From: the human T2T-CHM13v2.0 reference genome, Homo sapiens
Assembly (NCBI RefSeq): GCF_009914755.1
Contig: NC_060948.1
Length of the DNA stretch: 64,000 bases
Direction: 5' to 3' (one strand)
A program made the position numbers and the translations under genes. This document shows positions 1 to 13,700 of the stretch, piece by piece. The notes beneath the pieces are model-generated. The model did not search any database. It saw only the letters and a list, made by a program, of their open reading frames with translations, and was not told where the DNA came from. Positions within the stretch are counted from its first letter, which is position 1. Every line of letters begins with the position of its first letter.

Positions 1-650
1 TTGAATCGAAAGGAAAGGAAGCGAATGGACTGAAATGAAATGGAATGGAATTGAATGGAAAGTAATGCAATGGAATAGAATGGAACGAAATTTCACGGAA
101 TGGAATCAAACTGAATGGAATCAAATCAATGGAATCAAATCAAATGGAATGGAAAGGAATTGAATGGAGTAGATTGGATTGGATGGGATTGGAATGAAAT
201 GTACTGGAAAGGACTCGAATTTCATGAAACGGAATGGAATGAATTGGAACGGAATGGACTCGAATGGAATGGAATGTCATGGAATGGCATCAAATGGAAT
301 GGCATCAAATGGAATGGAATCGAATGCAATGGAATGCTATGGAATGGAATGGAATGCATTGGAATGGAATGTCCTCTAATGGAATGGATTCGAGTGGAAT
401 GGAATCGAATATAATGGAGTCGAACGAAATGGAATTGAAAGGAATGGGATCGAATACAATGGAATATACTGGAATGTAATGTAATGAACTCGAATGTAAT
501 TGACTGGAATGGAAGGTATATGAATGGAATGTAATCGAATGGAAAGTAATCCAATGGAATAGAATCTAATGCAATAAAATCGACTCAGATAGAGTAGCAT
601 GTAATGGAATGGAGTGCAGTGCAATGGAATGGAATGGAATGGAATGCAAT

Positions 651-705
651 GGAATGGAATGGAATGGAATGGAATGGAATGGAATGGAATGGGATGGGAT
701 GGAAT
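651..705 (+). repeat. Length-variable near-pure (GGAAT)n tract 1 (U1 copy; 7-11 pentamers across units)
   Basis: Run between GCAAT (646-650) and GGTAT (706-710). Counts U1-U18: 11,11,11,9,8,11,7,9,7,10,8,7,8,10,9,7,8,10. Confidence 0.85.
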
Positions 706-924
706 GGTATGGAATGGATAGTAATGGACTGGAGTGAAATGGACTGGAAAGGAATGGACTCAAATTGAAAGGGCTCGAAAGGAATGGAGTCAAATGGAAT
801 GGTCTGGAATGGAATGAACACGAATGTAATGCAATCCAATAGGATGGAATCGAATGGCATGGAATATAAAGAAATGGAATCGGAGAGAATGGAAACAAAT
901 GGAATGGAATTGAATGGAATGGAA

Positions 925-1078
925 TTGAATGGAATGGGAACGAATGGAGTGAAATTGTATGCAGTAGAAGGGAATAGAATGGAATGCAAGCAAAAGGAAA
1001 GGAATGGATTGGAATGGAATGGAATTCATTGGAATGGAAGGGAATGTAGTGTAATGGACAGGCCTGGAATAAAGTGCA
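925..1078. other. DYZ1 landmark segment: EcoRI GAATTC (1022-1027), StuI/HaeIII AGGCCT (1060-1065), region of the classic Y-sexing PCR amplicon
   Basis: TTGAATGGAATGGGAACGAATGG at 925-947 and GGACAGGCCTGGAATAAAGTG(C/G)A at 1056-1078 match the Y1.2/Y1.1 primers as I recall them; span is 154 bp here. U1 and U3 carry a G>C mismatch in the second site. Confidence 0.8.
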
Positions 1079-1435
1079 ATGCTACGGTCTCGAATGGAAT
1101 AAAAATGTATGGAATGGAATGCAATGAAATGGAATCGAATGTCATAGAATGTAATGGAATGCAACAAAATGGAATCCAATATCATTGACTGGAAAGGCTG
1201 GGTGTCGAAAGGAATTGACTCCAATGGAATGGAATCGAATGGAATGGAAGTGAATAGAATCGAACTAAATTGAATGGAATGGAATTGATAGGAACGGAAT
1301 GGAAAGGAATGCAATGATTTGGCATGGAATGGAATCGAATGGCATCGAATGGAATGGAATGGAATGCAATGGAATGGAATGTATTAGAATGGAATGAACT
1401 TTAATGGAATGTACTCGAATGGATTCGACTGGAAT

Positions 1436-1450
1436 GGAATGTTCTGGAAG
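1436..1450. promoter_or_regulatory. Consensus heat-shock element HSE-a, gGAAt-gTTCt-gGAAg (U1 copy; intact in 18/18 units)
   Basis: Three alternating nGAAn pentamers with exact spacing. Motif match is direct; binding is not shown. Confidence 0.55.
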
Positions 1451-1715
1451 TGAATGGACTCCAATGGAATGGATTCAAAAGGAATGGAATCGTACGGAAT
1501 GGAATCTAATGGAATGGAATTAAATGGAAATGAATCAAATTGAATAGCACGGAATTGAATTGAATGGAATGGAATGCAATGGAATCTAATGAAACGGAAA
1601 GGAAAGGAATGGAATGGAATGGAATGGGCTGGAATGGAAAGGAATCGAAACGAATGGAATGGAATCGAACTGAAGAGACTGGAATGGAATGCACTGGAAT
1701 GGAAGGGAGTGTAAT

Positions 1716-1730
1716 GGAAGGTTCTCGAAA
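1716..1730. promoter_or_regulatory. Consensus heat-shock element HSE-b, gGAAg-gTTCt-cGAAa (U1 copy; intact in 18/18 units)
   Basis: Three alternating nGAAn pentamers; contains a CpG. Motif match only. Confidence 0.55.
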
Positions 1731-2425
1731 AAAATGGAATCGAATGGAATGGAATTGAATGGAACGGAATAGAGTCGAATGGAATTGAATGGAATGGAAT
1801 GGACTAGAGTGAAATGGAATCGAACCACAAGGAATGGACAGGAATAGAATGGTCTCGAATTGAATGGAATCGTATGGAATGGCATCAAACGGAATGGAAT
1901 GGACAGCCACGGAATGGAATGCACTCGAATGCAATGGAGTCGAAACTAATGGACTGGAATAGAATGGACTCGACTGGTACGGACTCCAATGGAATGGAAT
2001 CGAATGGAAGGGAATCGAACGGAATGGACTCGAAGGGAAAAGACTGCAATGGAAAGGTCTCGAATGGAATGGAAATTAATGGAATGGAATGGAATCGAAT
2101 GAAATGGAGTCAAAAGGAATGGAATCGAATGGCAAGAAATCGAATGTAATGGAATCGCAAGGAATTGATGTGAACGGAACGGAATGGAATGGAATCCAAA
2201 GGAATGGAATAGAATGGAATGGAATCGAATGGAAAGGACTCGAATGGCAATCACTCGAATAGAATGCAATTTAATAAAATAGGATCAAATGTAATGGAAT
2301 GGAATGGAAAGGAATCGAAACGAAAGGAATGGAGACAGATGGAATGGAATGGAACAGAGAGCAATGGTATAGAATGGAATGGAATCATCTGGAATGGAAT
2401 TGAATGGAATGGAATAATATGAAAT

Positions 2426-2450
2426 GGAATGGAATGGAATGGAATGGAAT
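2426..2450 (+). repeat. Length-variable (GGAAT)n tract 2 (U1 copy; 5 pentamers usually, 6 in U3/U8/U12/U13, 3 in U16)
   Basis: Run between AATATGAAAT and GCCCTT; counts reconcile with unit lengths. Confidence 0.85.
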
Positions 2451-2741
2451 GCCCTTGAATTAAATGGACTGGAATGGAATGGACTCGAACAGAGTGGAAT
2501 GGAAAGTGTTGAGATAGAATGGAATGGACTCCTTTGGAATGGTCTAGTATGCAATGCAATCGACTGGCAGGGAATCAAAAGGAATGTAATCGAATGGATT
2601 GGACTGGAATGCAATGGACTCGAATAGATTGGAAACGGGATGCAAAGGAATGGAATGGAATAGTATGGAATGGAATGGAAAGGAATGGAGTGGAATAGAC
2701 TAGAGTGGAATGGAATGGACTGGAAAGCAATGGACTGGAAT

Positions 2742-2756
2742 GGAACTTTCTTGAAT
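2742..2756. promoter_or_regulatory. Consensus heat-shock element HSE-c, gGAAc-tTTCt-tGAAt (U1 copy; intact in 15/18 units)
   Basis: Three alternating nGAAn pentamers; last GAA changed to GGA in U6, U9 and U10. Motif match only. Confidence 0.5.
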
Positions 2757-3569
2757 GGACTGGAATCAAACGGAATGGGATGCAATGCAATCAAATGGCA
2801 TGGAATAAAATAGAATGAAAGAGAATCAAATGGAATTGAATCGAATGGAATCGAATGGATTGGAAAGGAATAGAATGGAATGGAATGGAATGGACTCAAA
2901 TGGAATGGACTAGAATGGAATGGATTCGAATGGAAGGCAAAGGAATGGAATCTATTGGAATGGACTGTAATGGAATGGAATGGAAGGGATTGGAATGGAC
3001 TCAAATAGAATGGACTGCAATAGAAAGGATTCGAATGGAATGAAAAAGAATTGAATGGAATAGAACAGAAGGGAATCAAATCGAATGAAATGGAATGGAA
3101 TAGAAAGGAATGGAATGAAATGGAATGGAAAGGATTCGAATGGAATGCAATCGAATGGAATGGAATCGAACGGAATGGAATAAAATGGAAGAAAACTGGC
3201 AAGAAATGGAATCGAAATGAATGGAGTGTTATGGAACGGACTCAAAAGGAATTGAATGTAATAGAATGGAGTGGAGTGGACTCGAATATAATGGACTGGA
3301 ATGGAATGAAATCACATGGAATGGGAACGAATGGAATGGAATGGAAAGGAATGGAATCGAATGGAAAGGAATCGAATGGAAGGGAATGAAATTGAATCAA
3401 CAGGAATGGAAGGGAATAGAATAGACGGTAATGGAATGGACTCGAATAGAATGGACACGAATGCTCAAATTGAATGGACTCGAATGGAATGGAAACGAAA
3501 GGAATGTCATCGAATGGAATTGAATCGATTGCAATGAAATCGCATAGAATGGAGTGGAATCAAATGGAA

Positions 3570-6500
3570 TTGAATCGAAAGGAAAGGAAGCGAATGGACT
3601 GAAATGAAATGGAATGGAATTGAATGGAAAGTAATGCAATGGAATAGAATGGAACGAAATTTCACGGAATGGAATCAAACTGAATGGAATCAAATCAATG
3701 GAATCTAATCAAATGGAATGGAAAGGAATTGAATGGAGTAGATTGGATTGGATGGGATTGGAATGAAATGTACTGGAAAGGACTCGAATTTCATGAAACG
3801 GAATGGAATGAATTGGAACGGAATGGACTCGAATGGAATGGAATGTCATGGAATGGCATCAAATGGAATGGCATCAAATGGAATGGAATCGAATGCAATG
3901 GAATGCTATGGAATGGAATGGAATGCATTGGAATGGAATGTCCTCTAATGGAATGGATTCGAGTGGAATGGAATCGAATATAATGGAGTCGAATGAAATG
4001 GAATTGAAAGGAATGGGATCGAATACAATGGAATATACTGGAATGTAATGTAATGAACTCGAATGTAATTGACTGGAATGGAATGTACATGAATGGAAGG
4101 TAAACGAATGGAAAGTAATCCAATGGAATAGAATCTAATGCAATAAAACCGACTCAGATAGAGTAGAATGTAATGGAATGGAGTGCAGTGCAATGGAATG
4201 GAATGGAATTGAATGCAATGGAATGGAATGGAATGGAATGGAATGGAATGGAATGGAAAGGAATGGGATGGAATGGTATCGAATGGATAGTAATGGACTG
4301 GAGTGAAATGGACTGGAAAGGAATGGACTCAAATTGAAAGGGCTCGAAAGGAATGGAGTCAAATGGAATGGTCTGGAATGGAATGAACACGAATGTAATG
4401 CAATCCAATAGAATGGAATCGAATGGCATGGAATATAAAGAAATGGATTCGAAGAGAATGGAAACAAATGGAATGGAATTGAATGGAATGGAATTGAATG
4501 GAATGGGAACGAATGGAGTGAAATTGTATGCAGTAGAAGGGAATAGAAAGGAATGCAAGCGAAAGGAAAGGAATGGATTGTAATGGAATGGAATTCATTG
4601 GAATGGAAGGGAATGTAGTGTAATGGACAGGCCTGGAATAAAGTGGAATGCTACGGTCTCGAATGGAATAAAAATGTATGGAATGGAATGCAATGAAATG
4701 GAATCGAATGTCATAGAATGTAATGGAATGCAACAAAATGGAATCCAATATCATTGACTGGAAAGGCTGGGTGTCGAAAGGAATTGACTCCAATGGAATG
4801 GAATCGAATGGAATGGAAGTGAATAGAATCGAACTAAATCGAATGGAATGGAATTGATAGGAACGGAATGGAAAGGAATGCAATGATTTGGCATGGAATG
4901 GAATCGAATGGCATCGAATGGAATGGAATGGAATGCAATGGAATGGAATATATTAGAATGTAATGAACTTTAATGGAATGTACTCGAATGGATTCGACTG
5001 GAATGGAATGTTCTGGAAGTGAATGGACTCCAATGGAATGGATTCAAAAGGAATGGAATCGTACGGAATGGAATCTAATGGAATGGAATTAAATGGAAAT
5101 GAATCAAATTGAATAGCACGGAATTGAATTGAATGGAATGGAATGCAATGGAATCTAATGAAACGGAAAGGAAAGGAATGGAATGGAATGGAATGGGCTG
5201 GAATGGAAAGGAATCGAAACGAATGGAATGGAATCGAACTGAAGAGACTGGAATGGAATGCACTGGAATGGAAGGGAGTGTAATGGAAGGTTCTCGAAAA
5301 AAATGGAATCGAATGGAATGGAATTGAATGGAACGGAATAGAGTCGAATGGAATTGAATGGAATGGAATGGACTAGAGTGAAATGGAATCGAACCACAAG
5401 GAATGGAGAGGAATAGAATGGTCTCGAATTGAATGGAATCGTATGGAATGGCATCAAACGGAATGGAATGGACAGCCACGGAATGGAATGCACTCGAATG
5501 CAATGGAGTCGAAACTAATGGACTGGAATAGAATGGACTCGACTGGTACGGACTCCAATGGAATGGAATCGAATGGAAGGGAATCGAACGGAATGGACTC
5601 GAAGGGAAAAGACTGCAATGGAAAGGTCTCGAATGGAATGGAAATTAATGGAATGGAATGGAATCGAATGAAATGGAGTCAAAAGGAATGGAATCGAATG
5701 GCAAGAAATCGAATGTAATGGAATCGCAAGGAATTGATGTGAACGGAACGGAATGGAATGGAATCCAAAGGAATGGAATAGAATGGAATGGAATCGAATG
5801 GAAAGGACTCGAATGGAAATCACTCGAATAGAATGCAATTTAATAAAATAGGATCAAATGTAATGGAATGGAATGGAAAGGAATCGAAACGAAAGGAATG
5901 GAGACAGATGGATTGGAATAGAACAGAGAGCAATGGTATAGAATGGAATGGAATCATCTGGAATGGAATTGAATGGAATGGAATAATATGAAATGGAATG
6001 GAATGGAATGGAATGGAATGCCCTTGAATTAAATGGACTGGAATGGAATGGACTCGAACAGAGTGGAATGGAAAGTGTTGAGATAGAATGGAATGGACTC
6101 CTTTGGAATGGTCTAGTATGCAATGCAATCGACTGGCAGGGAATCAAAAGGAATGTAATCGAATGGATTGGACTGGAATGCAATGGACTCGAATAGATTG
6201 CAAACGGGATGCAAAGGAATGGAATGGAATAGTATGGAATGGAATGGAAAGGAATGGAGTGGAATAGACTAGAGTGGAATGGAATGGACTGGAAAGCAAT
6301 GGACTGGAATGGAACTTTCTTGAATGGACTGGAATCAAACGGAATGGAATGCAATGCAATCAAATGGCATGGAATAAAATAGAATGAAAGAGAATCAAAT
6401 GGAATTGAATCGAATGGAATCGAATGGATTGGAAAGGAATAGAATGGAATGGAATGGAATGGACTCAAATGGAATGGACTAGAATGGAATGGATTCGAAT

Positions 6501-7138
6501 GGAAGGCAAAGGAATGGAATCTATTGGAATGGACTGTAATGGAATGGAATGGAAGGGATTCGAATGGACTCGAATGGAATGGACTGCAATAGAAAGGGTT
6601 CGAATGGAATGAAAAAGAATTGAATGGAATAGAACAGAATGGAATCAAATCGAATGAAATGGAATGGAATAGAAAGGAATGGAATGAAATGGAATGGAAA
6701 GGATTCGAATGGAATGCAATCGAATGGAATGGAATCGAACGGAATGGAATAAAATGGAAGAAAACTGGCAAGAAATGGAATCGAAATGAATGGAGTGTTA
6801 TGGAACGGACTCAAAAGGAATTGAATGTAATAGAATGGAGTGGAGTGGACTCGAATATAATGGACTGGAATGGAATGAAATCACATGGAATGGGAACGAA
6901 TGGAATGGAATGGAAAGGAATGGAATCGAATGGAAAGGAATCGAATGGAAGGGAATGAAATTGAATCAACAGGAATGGAAGGGAATAGAATAGACGGTAA
7001 TGGAATGGACTCGAATAGAATGGACACGAATGCTCAAATTGAATGGACTCGAATGGAATGGAAACGAAAGGAATGTCATCGAATGGAATTGAATCGATTG
7101 CAATGAAATCGCATAGAATGGAGTGGAATCAAATGGAA
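3570..7138 (+). repeat. DYZ1 unit U2 (3,569 bp)
   Basis: Homologous ORF spacing 3983 to 7552. Confidence 0.95.
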
Positions 7139-10100
7139 TTGAATCGAAAGGAAAGGAAGCGAATGGACTGAAATGAAATGGAATGGAATTGAATGGAAAG
7201 TAATGCAATGGAATAGAATGGAACGAAATTTCACGGAATGGAATCAAACTGAATGGAATCAAATCAATGGAATCTAATCAAATGGAATGGAAAGGAATTG
7301 AATGGAGTAGATTGGATTGGATGGGATTGGAATGAAATGTACTGGAAAGGACTCGAATTTCATGAAACGGAATGGAATGAATTGGAACGGAATGGACTCG
7401 AATGGAATGGAATGTCATGGAATGGCATCAAATGGAATGGCATCAAATGGAATGGAATCGAATGCAATGGAATGCTATGGAATGGAATGGAATGCATTGG
7501 AATGGAATGTCCTCTAATGGAATGGATTCGAGTGGAATGGAATCGAATATAATGGAGTCGAACGAAATGGAATTGAAAGGAATGGGATCGAATACAATGG
7601 AATATACTGGAATGTAATATAATGAACTCGAATGTAATTGACTGGAATGGAAGGTATATGAATGGAATGTAATCGAATGGAAAGTAATCCAATGGAATAG
7701 AATCTAATGCAATAAAATCGACTCAGATAGAGTAGCATGTAATGGAATGGAGTGCAGAGCAATGGAATGGAATGGAATGGAATGCAATGGAATGGAATGG
7801 AATGGAATGGAATGGAATGGAATGGAATGGGATGGGATGGAATGGTATGGAATGGATAGTAATGGACTGGAGTGAAATGGACTGGAAAGGAATGGACTCA
7901 AATTGAAAGGGCTCGAAAGGAATGGAGTCAAATGGAATGGTCTGGAATGGAATGAACACGAATGTAATGCAATCCAATAGAATGGAATCGAATGGCATGG
8001 AATATAAAGAAATGGAATCGGAGAGAATGGAAACAAATGGAATGGAATTGAATGGAATGGAATTGAATGGAATGGGAACGAATGGAGTGAAATTGTATGC
8101 AGTAGAAGGGAATAGAATGGAATGCAAGCAAAAGGAAAGGAATGGATTGGAATGGAATGGAATTCATTGGAATGGAAGGGAATGTAGTGTAATGGACAGG
8201 CCTGGAATAAAGTGCAATGCTACGGTCTCGAATGGAATAAAAATGTATGGAATGGAATGCAATGAAATGGAATCGAATGTCATAGAATGTAATGGAATGC
8301 AACAAAATGGAATCCAATATCATTGACTGGAAAGGCTGGGTGTCGAAAGGAATTGACTCCAATGGAATGGAATCGAATGGAATGGAAGTGAATAGAATTG
8401 AAATAAATTGAATGGAATGGAATTGATAGGAACGGAATGGAAAGGAATGCAATGATTTGGCATGGAATGGAATCGAATGGCATCGAATGGAATGGAATGG
8501 AATGCAATGGAATGGAATGTATTAGAATGTAATGAACTTTAATGGAATGTACTCGAATGGATTCGACTGGAATGGAATGTTCTGGAAGTGAATGGACTCC
8601 AATGGAATGGATTCAAAAGGAATGGAATCGTACGGAATGGAATCTAATGGAATGGAATTAAATGGAAATGAATCAAATTGAATAGCACGGAATTGAATTG
8701 AATGGAATGGAATGCAATGGAATCTAATGAAACGGAAAGGAAAGGAATGGAATGGAATGGAATGGGCTGGAATGGAAAGGAATCGAAACGAATGGAATGG
8801 AATCGAACTGAAGAGACTGGAATGGAATGCACTGGAATGGAAGGGAGTGTAATGGAAGGTTCTCGAAAAAAATGGAATCGAATGGAATGGAATTGAATGG
8901 AACGGAATAGAGTCGAATGGAATTGAATGGAATGGAATGGACTAGAGTGAAATGGAATCGAACCACAAGGAATGGACATGAATAGAATGGTCTCGAATTG
9001 AATGGAATCGTATGGAATGGCATCAAACGGAATGGAATGGACAGCCACGGAATGGAATGCACTTGAATGCAATGGAGTCGAAACTAATGGACTGGAATAG
9101 AATGGACTCGACTGGTACGGACTCCAATGGAATGGAATCGAATGGAAGGGAATCGAACGGAATGGACTCGAAGGGAAAAGACTGCAATGGAAAGGTCTCG
9201 AATGGAATGGAAATTAATGGAATGGAATGGAATCGAATGAAATGGAGTCAAAAGGAATGGAATCGAATGGCAAGAAATCGAATGTAATGGAATCGCAAGG
9301 AATTGATGTGAACGGAACGGAATGGAATGGAATCCAAAGGAATGGAATAGAATGGAATGGAATCGAATGGAAAGGACTCGAATGGCAATCACTCGAATAG
9401 AATGCAATTTAATAAAATAGGATCAAATGTAATGGAATGGAATGGAAAGGAATCGAAACGAAAGGAATGGAGACAGATGGAATGGAATGGAACAGAGAGC
9501 AATGGTATAGAATGGAATGGAATCATCTGGAATGGAATTGAATGGAATGGAATAATATGAAATGGAATGGAATGGAATGGAATGGAATGGAATGCCCTTG
9601 AATTAAATGGACTGGAATGGAATGGACTCGAACAGAGTGGAATGGAAAGTGTTGAGATAGAATGGAATGGACTCCTCTGGAATGGTCTAGTATGCAATGC
9701 AATCGACTGGCAGGGAATCAAAAGGAATGTAATCGAATGGATTGGACTGGAATGCAATGGACTCGAATAGATTGGAAACGGGATGCAAAGGAATGGAATG
9801 GAATAGTATGGAATGGAATGGAAAGGAATGGAGTGGAATAGACTAGAGTGGAATGGAATGGACTGGAAAGCAATGGACTGGAATGGAACTTTCTTGAATG
9901 GACTGGAATCAAACGGAATGGAATGCAATGCAATCAAATGGCATGGAATAAAATAGAATGAAAGAGAATCAAATGGAATTGAATCGAATGGAATCGAATG
10001 GATTGGAAAGGAATAGAATGGAATGGAATGGAATGGACTCAAATGGAATGGACTAGAATGGAATGGATTCGAATGGAAGGCAAAGGAATGGAATCTATTG

Positions 10101-10712
10101 GAATGGACTGTAATGGAATGGAATGGAAGGGATTGGAATGGACTCGAATGGAATGGACTGCAATAGAAAGGATTCGAATGGAATGAAAAAGAATTGAATG
10201 GAATAGAACAGAATGGAATCAAATCGAATGAAATGGAATGGAATAGAAAGGAATGGAATGAAATGGAATGGAAAGGATTCGAATGGAATGCAATCGAATG
10301 GAATGGAATCGAACGGAATGGAATAAAATGGAAGAAAACTGGCAAGAAATGGAATCGAAATGAATGGAGTGTTATGGAACGGACTCAAAAGGAATTGAAT
10401 GTAATAGAATGGAGTGGAGTGGACTCGAATATAATGGACTGGAATGGAATGAAATCACATGGAATGGGAACGAATGGAATGGAATGGAAAGGAATGGAAT
10501 CGAATGGAAAGGAATCGAATGGAAGGGAATGAAATTGAATCAACAGGAATGGAAGGGAATAGAATAGACGGTAATGGAATGGACTCGAATTGAATGGACA
10601 CGAATGCTCAAATTGAATGGACTCGAATGGAATGGAAACGAAAGGAATGTCATCGAATGGAATTGAATCGATTGGAATGAAATCGCATAGAATGGAGTGG
10701 AATCAAATGGAA
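7139..10712 (+). repeat. DYZ1 unit U3 (3,574 bp; +1 pentamer in tract 2)
   Basis: Spacing 7552 to 11126; six GGAAT before GCCCTT at ~9564-9593. Confidence 0.95.
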
Positions 10713-13700
10713 TTGAATCGAAAGGAAAGGAAGCGAATGGACTGAAATGAAATGGAATGGAATTGAATGGAAAGTAATGCAATGGAATAGAATGGAACGA
10801 AATTTCACGGAATGGAATCAAACTGAATGGAATCAAATCACTGGAATCTAATCAAATGGAATGGAAAGGAATTGAATGGAGTACATTGGATTGGATGGGA
10901 TTGGAATGAAATGTACTGGAAAGGACTCGAATTTCATGAAACGGAATGGAATGAATTGGAACGGAAAGGACTCGAATGGAATGGAATGTCATGGAATGGC
11001 ATCAAATGGAATGGCATCAAATGGAATGGAATCGAATGCAATGGAATGCTATGGAATGGAATGGAATGCATTGGAATGGAATGTCCTCTAATGGAATGGA
11101 TTCGAGTGGAATGGAATCGAATATAATGGAGTCGAATGAAATGGAATTGAAAGGAATGGGATCGAATACAATGGAATATACTGGAATGTAATGTAATGAA
11201 CTAAAATGTAATTGACTGGAATGGAATGTACATGAATGGAATGTAATCGAATGGAAAGTAATCCAATGGAATAGAATCTAATGCAATAAAATCGACTCAG
11301 ATAGAGTAGAATGTAATGGAATGGAGTGCAGTGCAATGCAATGGAATGGAATGGAATGCAATGGAATGGAATGGAATGGAATGGAATGGAATGGAATGGG
11401 ATGGAATGGTATGGAATGGATAGTAATGGACTGGAGTGAAATGGACTGGAAAGGAATGGACTCAAATTGAAAGGGCTCGAAAGGAATGGAGTCAAATGGA
11501 ATGGTCTGGAATGGAATGAACACGAATGTAATGCAATCCAATAGAATGGAATCGAATGGCATGGAATATAAAGAAATGGAATCGAAGAGAATGGAAACAA
11601 ATGGAATGGAATTGAATGGAATGGAATTGAATGGAATGGGAACGAATGGAGTGAAATTGTATGCAGTAGAAGGGAATAGAATGGAATGCAAGCGAAAGGA
11701 AAGGAATGGATTGGAATGGAATGGAATTCATTGGAATGGAAGGGAATGTAGTGTAATGGACAGGTCTGGAATAAAGTGGAATGCTACGGTCTCAATGGAA
11801 TAAAAATGTATGGAATGGAATGCAATGAAACGGAATCGAATGTCATAGAATGTAATGGAATGCAAAAAAAATGGAATCCAAAATCATTGACTGGAAAGGC
11901 TGGGTGTCGAAAGGAATTGACTCCAATGGAATGGAATCGAATGGAATGGAAGTGAATAGAATCGAACTAAATCGAATGGAATGGAATTGATAGGAACGGA
12001 ATGGAAAGGAATGCAATGATTTGGCATGGAATGGAATCGAATGGCATCGAATGGAATGGAATGGAATGCAATGGAATGGAATGTATTAGAATGTAATGAA
12101 CTTTAATGGAATGTACTCGAATGGATTCGACTGGAATGGAATGTTCTGGAAGTGAATGGACTCCAATGGAATGGATTCAAAAGGAAAGGAATCGTACGGA
12201 ATGGAATCTAATGGAATGGAATTAAATGGAAATGAATCAAATTGAATAGCACGGATTTGAATTGAATGGAATGGAATGCAATGGAATCTAATGAAACGGA
12301 AAGGAAAGGAATGGAATGGAATGGAATGGACTGGAATGGAAAGGAATCAAAACGAATTGAATGGAATCGAACTGAAGAGACTGGAATGGAATGCACTGGA
12401 ATGGAAGGGAGTGTAATGGAAGGTTCTCGAAAAAAATGGAATCGAATGGAATGGAATTGAATGGAACGGAATAGAGTCGAATGGAATTGAATGGAATGGA
12501 ATGGACTAGAGTGAAATGGAATCGAACCACAAGGAATGGACATGAATAGAATGGTCTCGAATTGAATGGAATCGTATTGAATGGCATCAAACGGAATGGA
12601 ATGGACAGCCACGGAATGGAATGCACTCGAATGCAATGGAGTCGAAACTAATGGACTGGAATAGAATGGACTCGACTGGTACGGACTCCAATGGAATGGA
12701 ATCGAATGGAAGGGAATCGAACGGAATGGACTCGAAGGGAAAAGACTGCAATGGAAAGGTCTCGAATGGAATGGAAATTAATGGAATGGAATGGAATCGA
12801 ATGAAATGGAGTCAAAAGGAATGGAATCGAATGGCAAGAAATCGAATGTAATGGAATCACAAGGAATTGATGTGAACGGAACGGAATGGAATGGAATCCA
12901 AAGGAATGGAATAGAATGGAATGGAATCGAATGGAAAGGACTCGAATGGAAATCACTCGAATAGAATGCAATTTAATAAAATAGGATCAAATGTAATGGA
13001 ATGGAATGGAAGGGAATCGAAACGAAAGGAATGGAGACAGATGGAATGGAATGGAAGAGAGAGCAATGGTATAGAATGGAATGGAATCATCTGGAATGGA
13101 ATTGAATGGAATGGAATAATATGAAATGGAATGGAATGGAATGGAATGGAATGCCCTTGAATTAAATGGACTGGAATGGAATGGACTCGAACAGAGTGGA
13201 ATGGAAAGTGTTGAGATAGAATGGAATGGACTCCTTTGGAATGGTGTAGTATGCAATGCAATCGACTGGCAGGGAATCAAAAGGAATGTAATCGAATGGA
13301 TTGGACTGGAATGCAATGGACTCGAATAGATTGGAAACGGAATGCAAAGGAATGGAATGGAATAGTATGGAATGGAATGGAAAGGAATGGAGTGGAATAG
13401 ACTAGAGTGGAATGGAATGGACTGGAAAGCAATGGACTGGAATGGAACTTTCTTGAATGGACTGGAATCAAACGGAATGGAATGCAATGCAATCAAATGG
13501 CATGGAATAAAATAGAATGAAAGAGAATCAAATGGAATTGAATCGAATGGAATCGAATGGATTGGAAAGGAATAGAATGGAATGGAATGGAATTGACTCA
13601 AATGGAATGGACTAGAATGGAATGGATTCGAATGGAAGGCAAAGGAATGGAATCTATTGGAATGGACTGTAATGGAATGGAACGGAAGGGATTGGAATGG

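Larger units (their letters stand above)
1..3569 (+). repeat. DYZ1 unit U1 (3,569 bp; phase set arbitrarily at window start)
   Basis: TTGAATCGAAAGGAAAGGAAGCG recurs at 3570. Confidence 0.95.

Noticed and set aside
86-230. Additional partial HSE-like motifs (GAAATTTCACGGAA at 87-100; GAATTTCATGAA at 217-228)
   Set aside because: Only two correctly spaced inverted units each; the third is off by one base.
573-3184. About six AATAAA hexamers per unit as polyadenylation signals
   Set aside because: They arise easily from GGAAT followed by an A-rich pentamer, and there is no transcript evidence in the sequence. DYZ1-derived noncoding transcripts have been reported, but I cannot place one here.
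2285-3202. Longest recurrent minus-strand ORF (305-318 aa, MPVFFHFIPF...)
   Set aside because: It starts at a non-ATG codon, is low complexity, and is cut to 211 aa by the GACTGTCAG variant in most right-hand units, so there is no sign of coding constraint.
3701-3711. GAATCTAATCA resembling the DUX4 motif TAATCTAATCA
   Set aside because: It mismatches at the first core base and is absent from U1, U5 and U8; too weak to call.
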